A stretch of 64,000 nucleotides of DNA, taken from assembly GCA_044225365.1 (NCBI GenBank), contig JBGAIQ010000004.1:191048-255047 (forward strand), given 5' to 3'. Shown in pieces: positions 38,918 through 47,749 of the stretch. The stretch is from Planctomycetota bacterium. GTDB lineage: Bacteria > Planctomycetota > B15-G4 > JADJEK01. Position 1 is the first letter of the stretch, and every line of letters starts with the position of its first letter. The notes below the pieces were generated by a model. It saw only the letters and a list, made by a program, of their open reading frames with translations, was not told where the DNA came from and did not search any database. Made by a program: the position numbers and the translations under genes.

Positions 38918-39373
38918 TCAGGGCTTCACGGGCAGACGACCCGCGATCGCGATGCGATTCCACGCGTTGATGACGACGCCGATCCATTCTACGGCGGCGA
39001 TCTCTTCGCTCGAGAGAGCCGCGGCCGCGGCGTCGTACACGGCATCGGGGATCTGGCCCTCGGTGATGCGGGTGATCGACTCCACGAGCGACAGGGCGGC
39101 GCGCTCCTTCGGATCGAAGTACTCGGACTCGTGCCACGCGGCGATCACCGCAATGCGGTCGTTCGGTTCGCCCGTTCTCAGCGCGTCGCGAGTATGCATC
39201 CGGACGCAGTAAGCGCACCCATTGATCTGCGAGGCCCGCAGCTTGAGGAGGTGCGAGAATCCTTCCTTGAAGCCCACGGCGCCCATCAATGCGCTCGCCT
39301 TCTGATCGAGGTTGATGACGATCTGCTGGAGATCGTTCGACGTCTTGCCGAGTACGACTCGCTGCGAAGTCAT
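38918..39373 (-). CDS. AhpD-like / carboxymuconolactone decarboxylase family protein
   Basis: LRASQINGCAYCVRMH, ERAAL, INAWNRI. Confidence 0.92.
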   Translation of the reverse strand: MTSQRVVLGKTSNDLQQIVINLDQKASALMGAVGFKEGFSHLLKLRASQINGCAYCVRMHTRDALRTGEPNDRIAVIAAWHESEYFDPKERAALSLVESITRITEGQIPDAVYDAAAAALSSEEIAAVEWIGVVINAWNRIAIAGRLPVKP

Positions 39374-39443
39374 TGCCCGTTCCTTTCCGGATTCATGATC
39401 GCTCTGCGCAAGGAATCGGGAATCCCGCGACCGCGCATCGAGT

Positions 39444-39752
39444 TCACTTCCAGCCCTTGTGCCAGCCACGCTGCGGGTTGTACCAGCCCCATCCGAAGTG
39501 GGCGTGAAACTTCCACTCGTAACCGGGAGCGGGCATTGGATAGCTCGGCGCGACATAAACGACGCCTGCCGGAACGACCACGCCCGGCGGCGGAGGCGGC
39601 GAGGTATTGAAGAAACAGGCTCCGAACGCGCCGCTTCCGGCCATCGCAAGCGCAAGAGCCGCAGCTCTCGCTCGAGGATGACGGAAGAGGACTCCCCGAG
39701 TCGGGGAAAGCGATCGGTCGAACGACGACTGCGATACCACGGAACGATTCAT
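39444..39752 (-). CDS. Small Pro/Trp-rich putative lipoprotein (YXWGXW-like)
   Basis: GGAGG SD; FGAC lipobox-like motif; PPPPP, PAPGYEW, GWGWY, GWHKGW. Confidence 0.6.
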   Translation of the reverse strand: MNRSVVSQSSFDRSLSPTRGVLFRHPRARAAALALAMAGSGAFGACFFNTSPPPPPGVVVPAGVVYVAPSYPMPAPGYEWKFHAHFGWGWYNPQRGWHKGWK

Positions 39753-39951
39753 GATGTGCCTCCTCGATGGAAACGTCGCTCCGCGAGGAGCGCGTCCAAC
39801 CCGAGGGACGTCACAAATGCCTTGCCGTCGCGGAGGATTCACGACTTGCGTTCGAACGACGCCCGTGAGCTACGACTCGTTTCTACATTTGGCGAGCGGT
39901 GACGCGCAGTTCGACCGCGGGCCCGTGCTCGCGGTTCTTTCTCACGGTGCG

Positions 39952-41601
39952 TCACGGCACTCGAGGAAATCGAGTCGCCGGGTCGAAGCGCGGCTCGATC
40001 GCTGGCATCACGTCGGCACTCCGAAGCGGTCCGGACGGTGCGCCGCGAATCGTCGTGAACAGGACTCCATCGCTGTGGCGTTGCGCCAATCCACCGTGGG
40101 AAGAGCGCATCGTGATGAACCATTCGAGGACGGCTAGGCCGACGTGGTACTCATCCTTCGTCACGCAGAGCACGCTACAGGGGAACCTGACTCGCGATTC
40201 GAAGGCGTCGCACAATCGTCGCGGCGCGTCCGGGTACTCATGGTCGGCGGTGGCGAGGAACAGATCGCGATCCGCGACGAAGCCGTCGGAATCGACTCCT
40301 CCCCGTTCGGCGAGCGCTGCGAGCACGGGCGCATATCCCAAGACGTCCCGATCGATCGGGCGATATCGATACCGGTCGCCGCGATGATCGATCGCGGCGC
40401 GACCGCGAGCATCGCGAACGATCACGCGGTCGCCGTCGCGATAGAACACGAGCGCGAGCTCCGGCCGAGCGATCAGGGCGCTGGCGACTTCCTCGGGATG
40501 TCCGGTCTGCACGCCGAAGTAGCGGACGAGTCCGTCCTCCTCGAGGAACACCTCACGATCGAAATCGATCCAATCGTCCTTCGGCGAGAACCCGGCGGCT
40601 CGGAGCACGGGCTCGGGATCGAAGCGCTTTGACGGGACGAGGTCGTGCCCGTGATCGGAGACGACGGAGATCTCGATCCGGCCGCTCATGTCATGCAACA
40701 GGCCCAGGCAGAATGGCTCGAGCAGGTCGAGGCTGCGCTCCAGTCCCTCGAGACCGCGGACGCTGACCATTCCCGAGCTCGCGGAGAGATAGGAGATCAC
40801 GATGGGGTCGGTGCGCTCACCGCGGGCCAGCTGCGCGAACGCGCGGTGGGCGGCGCGTTCGGTCGCGCCCATCTCGGCGCGCAGGAATGCCTCGGGGTCG
40901 ACGAAGCTGGCGCCGATCTCGAGCGCGCCCGCGAGGTGGTAGTCGAGGGAGCGCTGCCACGGCTGATCGAGCGTGAAGGGTGACTCGATGACTTCGTTCA
41001 CCACTCGTTTCGCATCGAGGTCGAGATACCGCTCGGTCGCAGCCGGCTCCTTGGGCCCGTGCAGGATGTCGGCGAAGATCACGATGCTCATGGAAGGGAA
41101 CGGTGCGATCACTTTCGCGGGCGGGAAGAACCAGTGGAGATCGCCGGCCGCGTAGCGCTCGATGGCGACGCGGTACGGGATCGAGTCCATCAGGATCACG
41201 ACGTGCGGGACCTTTCGCGGGTCGGAATCGGAGAGGTGAACGGTGCGGTCGAAGGTGCCGTCGAAGTCGTCGTCGTAGAGGAGTTCGTCGAGGATTCCGT
41301 CCTTGCCCGGTCTCGCCACGAAATCGACGGCGCGGTCGCCGTTCGTGTCGTAGTGACGGCCGCCCGCGGAATCGACGTAGAGCGGATGTTCCGGGAACGA
41401 GAGTTCGCCGCGCGGCGCGAGGAGGCGAACGGCCGTGCCGCAGGCCGGTTGAACGGCAGCAGCGAGGAGCAGCAGAAAGAAGAGGGCAGGGCGCACGGGA
41501 ATTCGCGACTCGCGACCGCCGTGCCGAACGATGTGGCGCGGACGCGATGCGGGGGTCGCCGCGATCGACGATCGGCGGCGGGATTCCTTCGGATCCATCA
41601 T
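39952..41601 (-). CDS. Alkaline-phosphatase superfamily (nucleotide pyrophosphatase-like) lipoprotein
   Basis: VILMDSIPY, APFPSMS, VSDHGH, SHGGL; hydrophobic stretch ending in PACG. Start uncertain (41601 or 41496). Confidence 0.7.
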   Translation of the reverse strand: MMDPKESRRRSSIAATPASRPRHIVRHGGRESRIPVRPALFFLLLLAAAVQPACGTAVRLLAPRGELSFPEHPLYVDSAGGRHYDTNGDRAVDFVARPGKDGILDELLYDDDFDGTFDRTVHLSDSDPRKVPHVVILMDSIPYRVAIERYAAGDLHWFFPPAKVIAPFPSMSIVIFADILHGPKEPAATERYLDLDAKRVVNEVIESPFTLDQPWQRSLDYHLAGALEIGASFVDPEAFLRAEMGATERAAHRAFAQLARGERTDPIVISYLSASSGMVSVRGLEGLERSLDLLEPFCLGLLHDMSGRIEISVVSDHGHDLVPSKRFDPEPVLRAAGFSPKDDWIDFDREVFLEEDGLVRYFGVQTGHPEEVASALIARPELALVFYRDGDRVIVRDARGRAAIDHRGDRYRYRPIDRDVLGYAPVLAALAERGGVDSDGFVADRDLFLATADHEYPDAPRRLCDAFESRVRFPCSVLCVTKDEYHVGLAVLEWFITMRSSHGGLAQRHSDGVLFTTIRGAPSGPLRSADVMPAIEPRFDPATRFPRVP

Positions 41602-41767
41602 GCTTCGCTCGAATTTCCTCTCTTTGCGAGGGCAGGGGATCCACGGCTCGCCGACGCCAGCCTTGCCCGGTGTCACGCCGCTGCGAACGACGACCTCGGC
41701 GATGGTCGAGAATCCTTCTCCCGAATTCAAGAACTCGGGCCCACGACGTCCCCAGGACGGGCGACAC

Positions 41768-41796
41768 TTGCCCCCGCCGTCCGGTCGCCTTACTCT
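41768..41796 (+). promoter_or_regulatory. Putative sigma-70 promoter of ileS
   Basis: TTGCCC-N17-TACTCT, 50 bp upstream of the ATG. Confidence 0.45.
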
Positions 41797-41845
41797 GCCC
41801 GTTTCGACGCTACGGACGAACCTCCTTCGCGGAAACGACTCATCC

Positions 41846-44800
41846 ATGTACTCCGAAATCGGCGGCACCACGCGGCAGATCGAACTCGAAGAGCGCATCC
41901 TCGCACGCTGGCGCGAGAAGAAGATCTTCGCTCGATCGATCGAGCGCCGGACGTCGAAGAATGCGCCGCGCTTCACGTTCTACGAAGGTCCGCCGACCGC
42001 GAACGGACGACCCGGCATCCATCACGTGCTCTCGCGCACGTTCAAGGACGTGATCTGCCGTTATCGGGATCTCTCGGGATTCGCCGTCGAGCGCAAAGCG
42101 GGCTGGGATACGCACGGCCTGCCCGTCGAGGTCGAGGTCGAGAAGAGCCTCGGCATCCACGGCAAGGAAGCGATCGTCGCCTATGGGCTCGAGGGATTCA
42201 CGAAGGGCTGCATCGACTCGGTCTTCAAGTACGTCTCCGACTGGGAGAAGATGACGGAACGGATCGGCTACTGGCTCGATCTCGAGAAGGCCTACGTGAC
42301 CTATCACGAGAGCTTCGTCGAGTCGGTGTGGTGGTCGCTCTCGGAGTTGTTCAAGAAAGGCCTGCTCTACAAGGACCACAAGGTGATCTGGTGGTGGCCG
42401 CAGGGCGGCACCGCCCTCTCGGCGCAAGAGGTCGGACTCGGCTACCGCGAGGCGACCGACCCGTCGATCACCGTGCGCTTCAAGCTCGTGGGAACCGCGC
42501 TCTGCGAGCGCGAAGTCTCGGCGCTGGCCTGGACGACGACGCCCTGGACGCTGCCGTCCAACGTGGCGCTCGCGATCGGTGAGAATCTCGACTACGTGTT
42601 GTGCGAGGTCGGTAGCGAAGTGTTGCTCCTCGCCGCGGCGTTGAAGGACGCCGTGTTGAAGAAGCATCCGCACACCGTTTTGAAGACTCTGAAAGGCAAA
42701 GAACTCGTCGGCACGAAGTACGAACCGCTCTTCACGTTCGAGACTCCCGCGGGCGGCCGCGCGTACGAGATCATCGCGGGAGACTTCGTCGCGACCGATA
42801 CCGGCACCGGGCTCGTGCACCTCGCCCCGGCCTTCGGCGTCGACGACCATCGCGCATGCAAGGCGAACGGCATCGGTTTCCTCCAACTCGTCACGCCCGA
42901 TGGCAAGATGAGCAAGGCGTGCGGCGCCTTCGCGGGCCTGTACTTCAAGGACGCGGACAAGGAGATCCTGAAGGAGCTGAAGAGCCGCGGCGTCGTCTTC
43001 GAACACAGCCAGTACAAGCACGACTATCCATTCTGCTGGCGCGCACAGAACGATCCACTGATCCAGTACGCGCGGCCGTGCTGGTTCATCCGCACCACGG
43101 CCGTCAAGGACGGTCTGCTCGAGAACAACGCGAAGATCCACTGGCACCCCGAGCACATCCAGGAAGGGCGCTTCGGCGACTTCCTGCGCAACAACGTCGA
43201 TTGGGCCCTTTCCCGCGAACGCTTCTGGGGCACGCCGCTGCCGATCTGGGTGAACGACGTCACGGGCGCGATGGAGTGCCTCGGATCCGTCGCCGAGATC
43301 GAATCGCGAAATCCGAATGCGTTCGCGGCGTTCGAGGCCGCGCGCGCCAAGGATCCGTCGCTCTCGCCCCATTTGCGCGTTCACAAGCCATGGGTCGATT
43401 CGATCACGTATTCCAAGCCCGGTGAATCCGGCGTCTATCGCCGCGTGTCGGACGTCATCGACTGCTGGTACGACTCGGGGGCGATGCCGTTCGCGCAGCG
43501 TCATTATCCGTTCGAGAACAAGGAAGTCTTCGAGCAGAGCTATCCCGCCGACTACATCTGCGAAGCGATCGATCAGACGCGCGGCTGGTTCTACTCACTG
43601 CTCGCGATCTCGACCCTGTTGTTCGGCAGGGAGCCGTATCGCCACGTGATCGTGAACGGTCACATCAACGACAAACACGGCAAGAAGATGTCGAAGTCGC
43701 TCGGCAACACGGTGAATCCGTGGGACGTGATCGGCAAGCACGGAGTCGATCCGTTGCGCTGGTACATGCTTACGATCAACGCGCCCTGGCAGAGCAAGTC
43801 GTTCGACGTCGAAGATGTCGCCGACATCGAACGCAAGGTGTTCGGCACGCTCTGGCCGTCGTTCAACTTCTTCGCGCTCTACGCGAACGTCGAGCAGTGG
43901 TCGCCCACCTCGTCGAAGGGAATCGCGCCGCCGATCTCGAAGCGCCAGGTGACGGATCGCTGGCTGCTCTCGCGGCTCAATACGCTGCTCGGCGACTATC
44001 GCGCCGCGATGGACGACTACGATCCGATGAAGGCCGCGCGCATGCTCGGCGCGTTCATCGTCGACGAGCTCTCGAATTGGTACATCCGGCGCAATCGCGC
44101 GCGCTTCTGGAAAGCGACGGACAAGGCGGATCAAGCGGCGGCATTCGACACATTGCATTCCGCGCTCGAAGCCATCGCCTTCATGCTCGCCCCCATCGCG
44201 CCGCTCTCGGCGGACGCCCTCTACCTTGCGCTGCACCCCGCGGGCAGTGGGCTCGATTCCGTCCATCTCGGCGACATGCCGAAGCGCGACGAATCGCTCG
44301 TCGACAGCGTTCTCGAGCGCCGGATGGGCGCCGTGCTCGAAGTCGTCTCACTCGGTCGCGCCGCGCGCGAGAGCGCGAAGCTGCGCGTCCGCCAGCCGCT
44401 GTCTCGCCTCATCGCGTCCGGGCCCGACCACGAGGCGTTGAAGGGACTGCAGGACGAGGCGCTCGCCCGCGAGGTGCGCGACGAGCTGAACGTGAAGCAA
44501 CTGGTCGTCGCCGACCGCTCGGGCGAATACTGCACCGTCACGATCAAACCGAATCTGCCGGTGCTCGGGCCGCGCCTCGGCAAGAACCTCGGCAAGGCGA
44601 AGCAGGCGTTGTCTGCGCTCAGCGAGGCGCAACTCGCCGAGTTCGAATCCCACGGCAAACTCGCGCTCTCGATCGACGGAACGAACATCGATCTCGAAGG
44701 GAACGATCTCCTCGTCGAGCGCAGCGGCAAGGCGGGCTACGCCGTCGCAGCGGCCCACGGCTACATGGCCGCCCTCGACACGACGCTCACGCCGGACCTC

Positions 44801-45064
44801 GTCACGGAAGGTCTCGCCCGCGAGCTCATCAACCGCATTCAGAACCAACGCAAGACGAGCGGTCTCGACGTCACGGATCGCATCGCGCTCTTCATCGCGG
44901 GTCCGCCCGAGGTGGAGGACGCGGCGCGGCGCTTCCAGGACCGCATCGCGACGGAAGTGCTCGCGACTTCGGTGGCCATCGGTTCGACGACCCTCGTTTC
45001 GACGGAGGCAAAGGACCACGACATCGAGGGCCACCCCGCAAGGATCGCGCTGCGCAAGGCCTGA
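41846..45064 (+). CDS. ileS: Isoleucine--tRNA ligase, type 2
   Basis: YEGPPTANG, GWDTHGLPVE, WTTTPWTLPSN, DWALSRERFWGTP, DQTRGWFY, KMSKS; type-2 C-terminus EGLARELINRIQ. Confidence 0.97.
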   Translation: MYSEIGGTTRQIELEERILARWREKKIFARSIERRTSKNAPRFTFYEGPPTANGRPGIHHVLSRTFKDVICRYRDLSGFAVERKAGWDTHGLPVEVEVEKSLGIHGKEAIVAYGLEGFTKGCIDSVFKYVSDWEKMTERIGYWLDLEKAYVTYHESFVESVWWSLSELFKKGLLYKDHKVIWWWPQGGTALSAQEVGLGYREATDPSITVRFKLVGTALCEREVSALAWTTTPWTLPSNVALAIGENLDYVLCEVGSEVLLLAAALKDAVLKKHPHTVLKTLKGKELVGTKYEPLFTFETPAGGRAYEIIAGDFVATDTGTGLVHLAPAFGVDDHRACKANGIGFLQLVTPDGKMSKACGAFAGLYFKDADKEILKELKSRGVVFEHSQYKHDYPFCWRAQNDPLIQYARPCWFIRTTAVKDGLLENNAKIHWHPEHIQEGRFGDFLRNNVDWALSRERFWGTPLPIWVNDVTGAMECLGSVAEIESRNPNAFAAFEAARAKDPSLSPHLRVHKPWVDSITYSKPGESGVYRRVSDVIDCWYDSGAMPFAQRHYPFENKEVFEQSYPADYICEAIDQTRGWFYSLLAISTLLFGREPYRHVIVNGHINDKHGKKMSKSLGNTVNPWDVIGKHGVDPLRWYMLTINAPWQSKSFDVEDVADIERKVFGTLWPSFNFFALYANVEQWSPTSSKGIAPPISKRQVTDRWLLSRLNTLLGDYRAAMDDYDPMKAARMLGAFIVDELSNWYIRRNRARFWKATDKADQAAAFDTLHSALEAIAFMLAPIAPLSADALYLALHPAGSGLDSVHLGDMPKRDESLVDSVLERRMGAVLEVVSLGRAARESAKLRVRQPLSRLIASGPDHEALKGLQDEALAREVRDELNVKQLVVADRSGEYCTVTIKPNLPVLGPRLGKNLGKAKQALSALSEAQLAEFESHGKLALSIDGTNIDLEGNDLLVERSGKAGYAVAAAHGYMAALDTTLTPDLVTEGLARELINRIQNQRKTSGLDVTDRIALFIAGPPEVEDAARRFQDRIATEVLATSVAIGSTTLVSTEAKDHDIEGHPARIALRKA

Positions 45065-45329
45065 TCCCGTTCCCCCGTCCTGCGAAGCGCCGAACTCGGC
45101 TCGGCATGCTGGATCCGAATCGTGACGACGATGGGCGACGCCCCGCTCATCGCATCTCGTCAGCGACATTCGAAGACTCAATTCGACGCTGCCGTGGCTT
45201 CGCACGAAGTGCGTCCATCGAGGGAATCGTCGCATTCCACGCCGATCGACCGTTCCGGGCGGCGCATCGGCGGTGACATCCTTCTTCGAGAACGGCGTCA
45301 CCAAGAACGTTCGCCGACGATTCGGTGGC

Positions 45330-46427
45330 GTGACCTCCCTCGATCGAAAACCCCATGACCGTCTCGTGAAGGCTGCGTTCCGTCGAGTCGCCGGCGCCCG
45401 CGCATTGCTCATGTTGGCGCTACCGGAAGCCGTTCGGAAGCAGCTCGACTTCGACGACCTGCGCCTAGTCTCGGGCGACCTCATCGGCTCGCGCCTCCGC
45501 GAGAGCCTCACCGACCTGTTGTATTCGATCGGCGACGATGCGAACCCGGTCTTGGTGCACGCGCTCGTCGAGCACAAGAGTCGATCCGAGCGATTCACGA
45601 TCCTACAACTCCTCACGAGCAGCGCTGATCTGTGGTCGGCCTACCGCCGCGAGAACCCGTTGGCTCGACGCATCCCGAGGATCCTCCCGATCGTTCTGCA
45701 CCATGGCGTCGGCAGGCGTCGCCCTTGGACAGCACCCACGACCCTGCCCGCGTTGTTCGCGGGCGGCCCCGGGCTTGCTCACGCCTGCGCCCCATTCGAT
45801 CCTCACTTCCCCATCGTCGTGATCGACCTCACGTCGATCGAAGACGAGCGAATCTTGGATGTCGCTGCAATCGACCCCTTCGCCGCCGCCGCGCTCTGGG
45901 CGCTCAAGTGGTCACGAGCTGTCGACTTCCTGACGAGGCTGACCGCACAACCCTTCGTCCTCGAATTCATGCTGCGTCCGGGCTGTTTGGGCGCGGAGCG
46001 CCCCGATGCAGAATCGCTGTTAGACTATGCGGTGATGGTCGGCGCATCGACGCTCGACTACGACGAGTTCGTGCGACGCCTGCAGCAACACTTACCGGCG
46101 GTCGAGACGGAGGACTTCATGAAGACGCTCGGACAGGAACTGATCGAACGCGGCAAGATCGAAGGCAAGATCGAAGGCAAGATCGAAGGCAAGATCGAAG
46201 GCAAGATCGAAGGCAAGATCGAGGGCAAGATCGAAGGCAAGATTGAAGGCAAGATCGAGGGGCAGCTTCAAGCCTTGCGGAAGTTCCTCTCGGTGCGTTT
46301 CGGTCCTCTCCCACCGGATCTCGACCGCAAGCTCGAGATCTCCGCCCATCCGACCGTGCTCGATCGGCTCACCGCGCTCGCGGCCTCCGCACGGAGCCTG
46401 ACGGAGTTCGAACGGGAACTTGCATGA
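45330..46427 (+). CDS. Rpn family (YhgA-like) PD-(D/E)xK nuclease
   Basis: PHDRLVK, TDLLYS, LVEHKS, ILPIVLHHG, WTAPT; GKIE-repeat tail. Start approximate. Confidence 0.88.
   Translation: MTSLDRKPHDRLVKAAFRRVAGARALLMLALPEAVRKQLDFDDLRLVSGDLIGSRLRESLTDLLYSIGDDANPVLVHALVEHKSRSERFTILQLLTSSADLWSAYRRENPLARRIPRILPIVLHHGVGRRRPWTAPTTLPALFAGGPGLAHACAPFDPHFPIVVIDLTSIEDERILDVAAIDPFAAAALWALKWSRAVDFLTRLTAQPFVLEFMLRPGCLGAERPDAESLLDYAVMVGASTLDYDEFVRRLQQHLPAVETEDFMKTLGQELIERGKIEGKIEGKIEGKIEGKIEGKIEGKIEGKIEGKIEGQLQALRKFLSVRFGPLPPDLDRKLEISAHPTVLDRLTALAASARSLTEFERELA
46119..46427 (+). CDS. Putative in-frame internal RpnS antitoxin
   Basis: GGAGG at 46109-46113 followed by ATG 46119 (MKTLGQELIE...). Confidence 0.65.
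   Translation: MKTLGQELIERGKIEGKIEGKIEGKIEGKIEGKIEGKIEGKIEGKIEGQLQALRKFLSVRFGPLPPDLDRKLEISAHPTVLDRLTALAASARSLTEFERELA
46152..46259. repeat. 12-bp tandem repeat (GGCAAGATCGAA)x9 encoding GKIE
   Basis: Nine near-perfect in-frame copies. Confidence 0.95.
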
Positions 46428-46545
46428 CGTTGCGAGACGATTCCTCGCCCGCGGCACGGGCGGACTCGATCGGCTCCCCGGCTCGCCGCTTTGCATGCAG
46501 TTCGACCCACAGCTGCCCTTGCCGGACGCCGAGACGGAGGAACTC

Positions 46546-46782
46546 ATGAGAACGCTCGGACAGGAACTGATCGAACGCGGCAAGATCGAAGGCAGGATCG
46601 AAGGCAGGATCGAGGGTCAACTCCAAGCGCTGCGGAAGTTCCTGACGGTGCGATTCGGTCCGCTCACGCCCGAGATCGAGCTCAAGCTCATGGATTCCGG
46701 ACGATCGGACGTGCTCGATCGACTCGCGGCGATCGCGGCCTCCGCGACGAATCTGCGAGACTTCGCGCAGGCCCTTCCCTGA
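46546..46782 (+). CDS. Orphan RpnS-like small protein (paralog of the Rpn C-terminus)
   Basis: ACGGAGGAACTC-ATG; MRTLGQELIERGKIEGRIE...QLQALRKFLTVRFGPL. Confidence 0.75.
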   Translation: MRTLGQELIERGKIEGRIEGRIEGQLQALRKFLTVRFGPLTPEIELKLMDSGRSDVLDRLAAIAASATNLRDFAQALP

Positions 46783-46863
46783 GACCGTCCGTGGTCTCGG
46801 ATCGCGGCCTGAGCGAGCGAGATCGCGGAACTCGAGCGCGTCGCGGTTCCCTTCCCCGCAGCC

Positions 46864-47322
46864 TCAGTCGCTGTTCGGCCAGGTGAGGATCGCTGCCGTT
46901 GCGTTCGACTCGTACAGGGCGGCGAATGGGCCGGCATCGCGGAGCCAATCCCCGAGCGTCACATGGACCCACGCTTCCATCGATACGTCGCCGGAGAGGC
47001 TCGGAGTTCCAAGACGGCTCCGGTCGACGCGGATTCCTCGCGTGAAAAGCGACTCCGCCAGGATCGCGTCGATGAAGTCGGCGTCGTCGGGTGAGACGAC
47101 GCCGACTCCCGATTCGAATCGCTTCATCAGTCGCGGACAGAGGCCGCGCTCCGGTTCAGCTGAACCAAAATGACCGGTGTCGATCGGCACCAGGAATCCC
47201 TCGGCATACGGATGAAAGCACCCCGTTCCGTTCACCTGATTCGAATACTGAACGCCCGTCGGCATCAGGACGATAAGCGCCGCCTGATTGAAGTAGATGA
47301 GATCGACGCACGCGTCGGACAT
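46864..47322 (-). CDS. Hypothetical protein (DUF6210-like)
   Basis: TGVQYSNQVNG.GCFHP.AEG, MEAWVHV, ILTWPNSD; family recalled, not searched. Confidence 0.6.
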   Translation of the reverse strand: MSDACVDLIYFNQAALIVLMPTGVQYSNQVNGTGCFHPYAEGFLVPIDTGHFGSAEPERGLCPRLMKRFESGVGVVSPDDADFIDAILAESLFTRGIRVDRSRLGTPSLSGDVSMEAWVHVTLGDWLRDAGPFAALYESNATAAILTWPNSD

Positions 47323-47645
47323 AGATGGGCGATTCCTTCGATTCGATTCAGCCACGAGCCTCGTCGAGCCCGTCCCTCTTCCGGATCCTAACGATCTTGG
47401 CGGGGATCCTCGCGGCCTCGCACGACGTGAAACCAACGGACAACGAACGTAATACGCCGCCGCCCGGCGTCCAAGGCCTTGCGACCTGGAGACCGGGCGA
47501 CCGCGCCGATCGAGGAGCCATCGACGATCGGGATGTTCGGGTGGGACGCGGCTTCGAGGCGAGCTCGGGTTCACGTCCGTCGCTGAGGAAAACGATTGGG
47601 AGGATCCGAGCGAACGGCGGTGTCGGAAAAGAAGGGGAGAATTCG

Positions 47646-47745
47646 GAGCCACGCTGGAGCGTGGCGGTCCACATTTTCCAGAGCCACGCTGGAGCGTGGC
47701 GGTCCACATTTTCCAGAGCCACGCTGGAGCGTGGCGGTCCGCATT
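47646..47745. repeat. Three tandem 35-bp REP-like palindromic units
   Basis: GAGCCACGCTGGAGCGTGGCGGTCCACATTTTCCA x2 plus a partial third copy; internal hairpin GCCACGCT-GG-AGCGTGGC. Confidence 0.85.
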
Positions 47746-47749
47746 CAGA

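Noticed and set aside
41602-41845. T-box riboswitch before ileS
   Set aside because: No T-box consensus or terminator, and the likely promoter is only ~50 bp from the ATG.
45065-47640. Rpn region as an IS element or prophage
   Set aside because: No terminal inverted repeats, target duplication, integrase or phage genes seen, and Rpn proteins are not demonstrated transposases.
47646-47745. 35-bp palindromic repeats as a CRISPR array
   Set aside because: Units are contiguous with no unique spacers, and there are no cas genes in the window.
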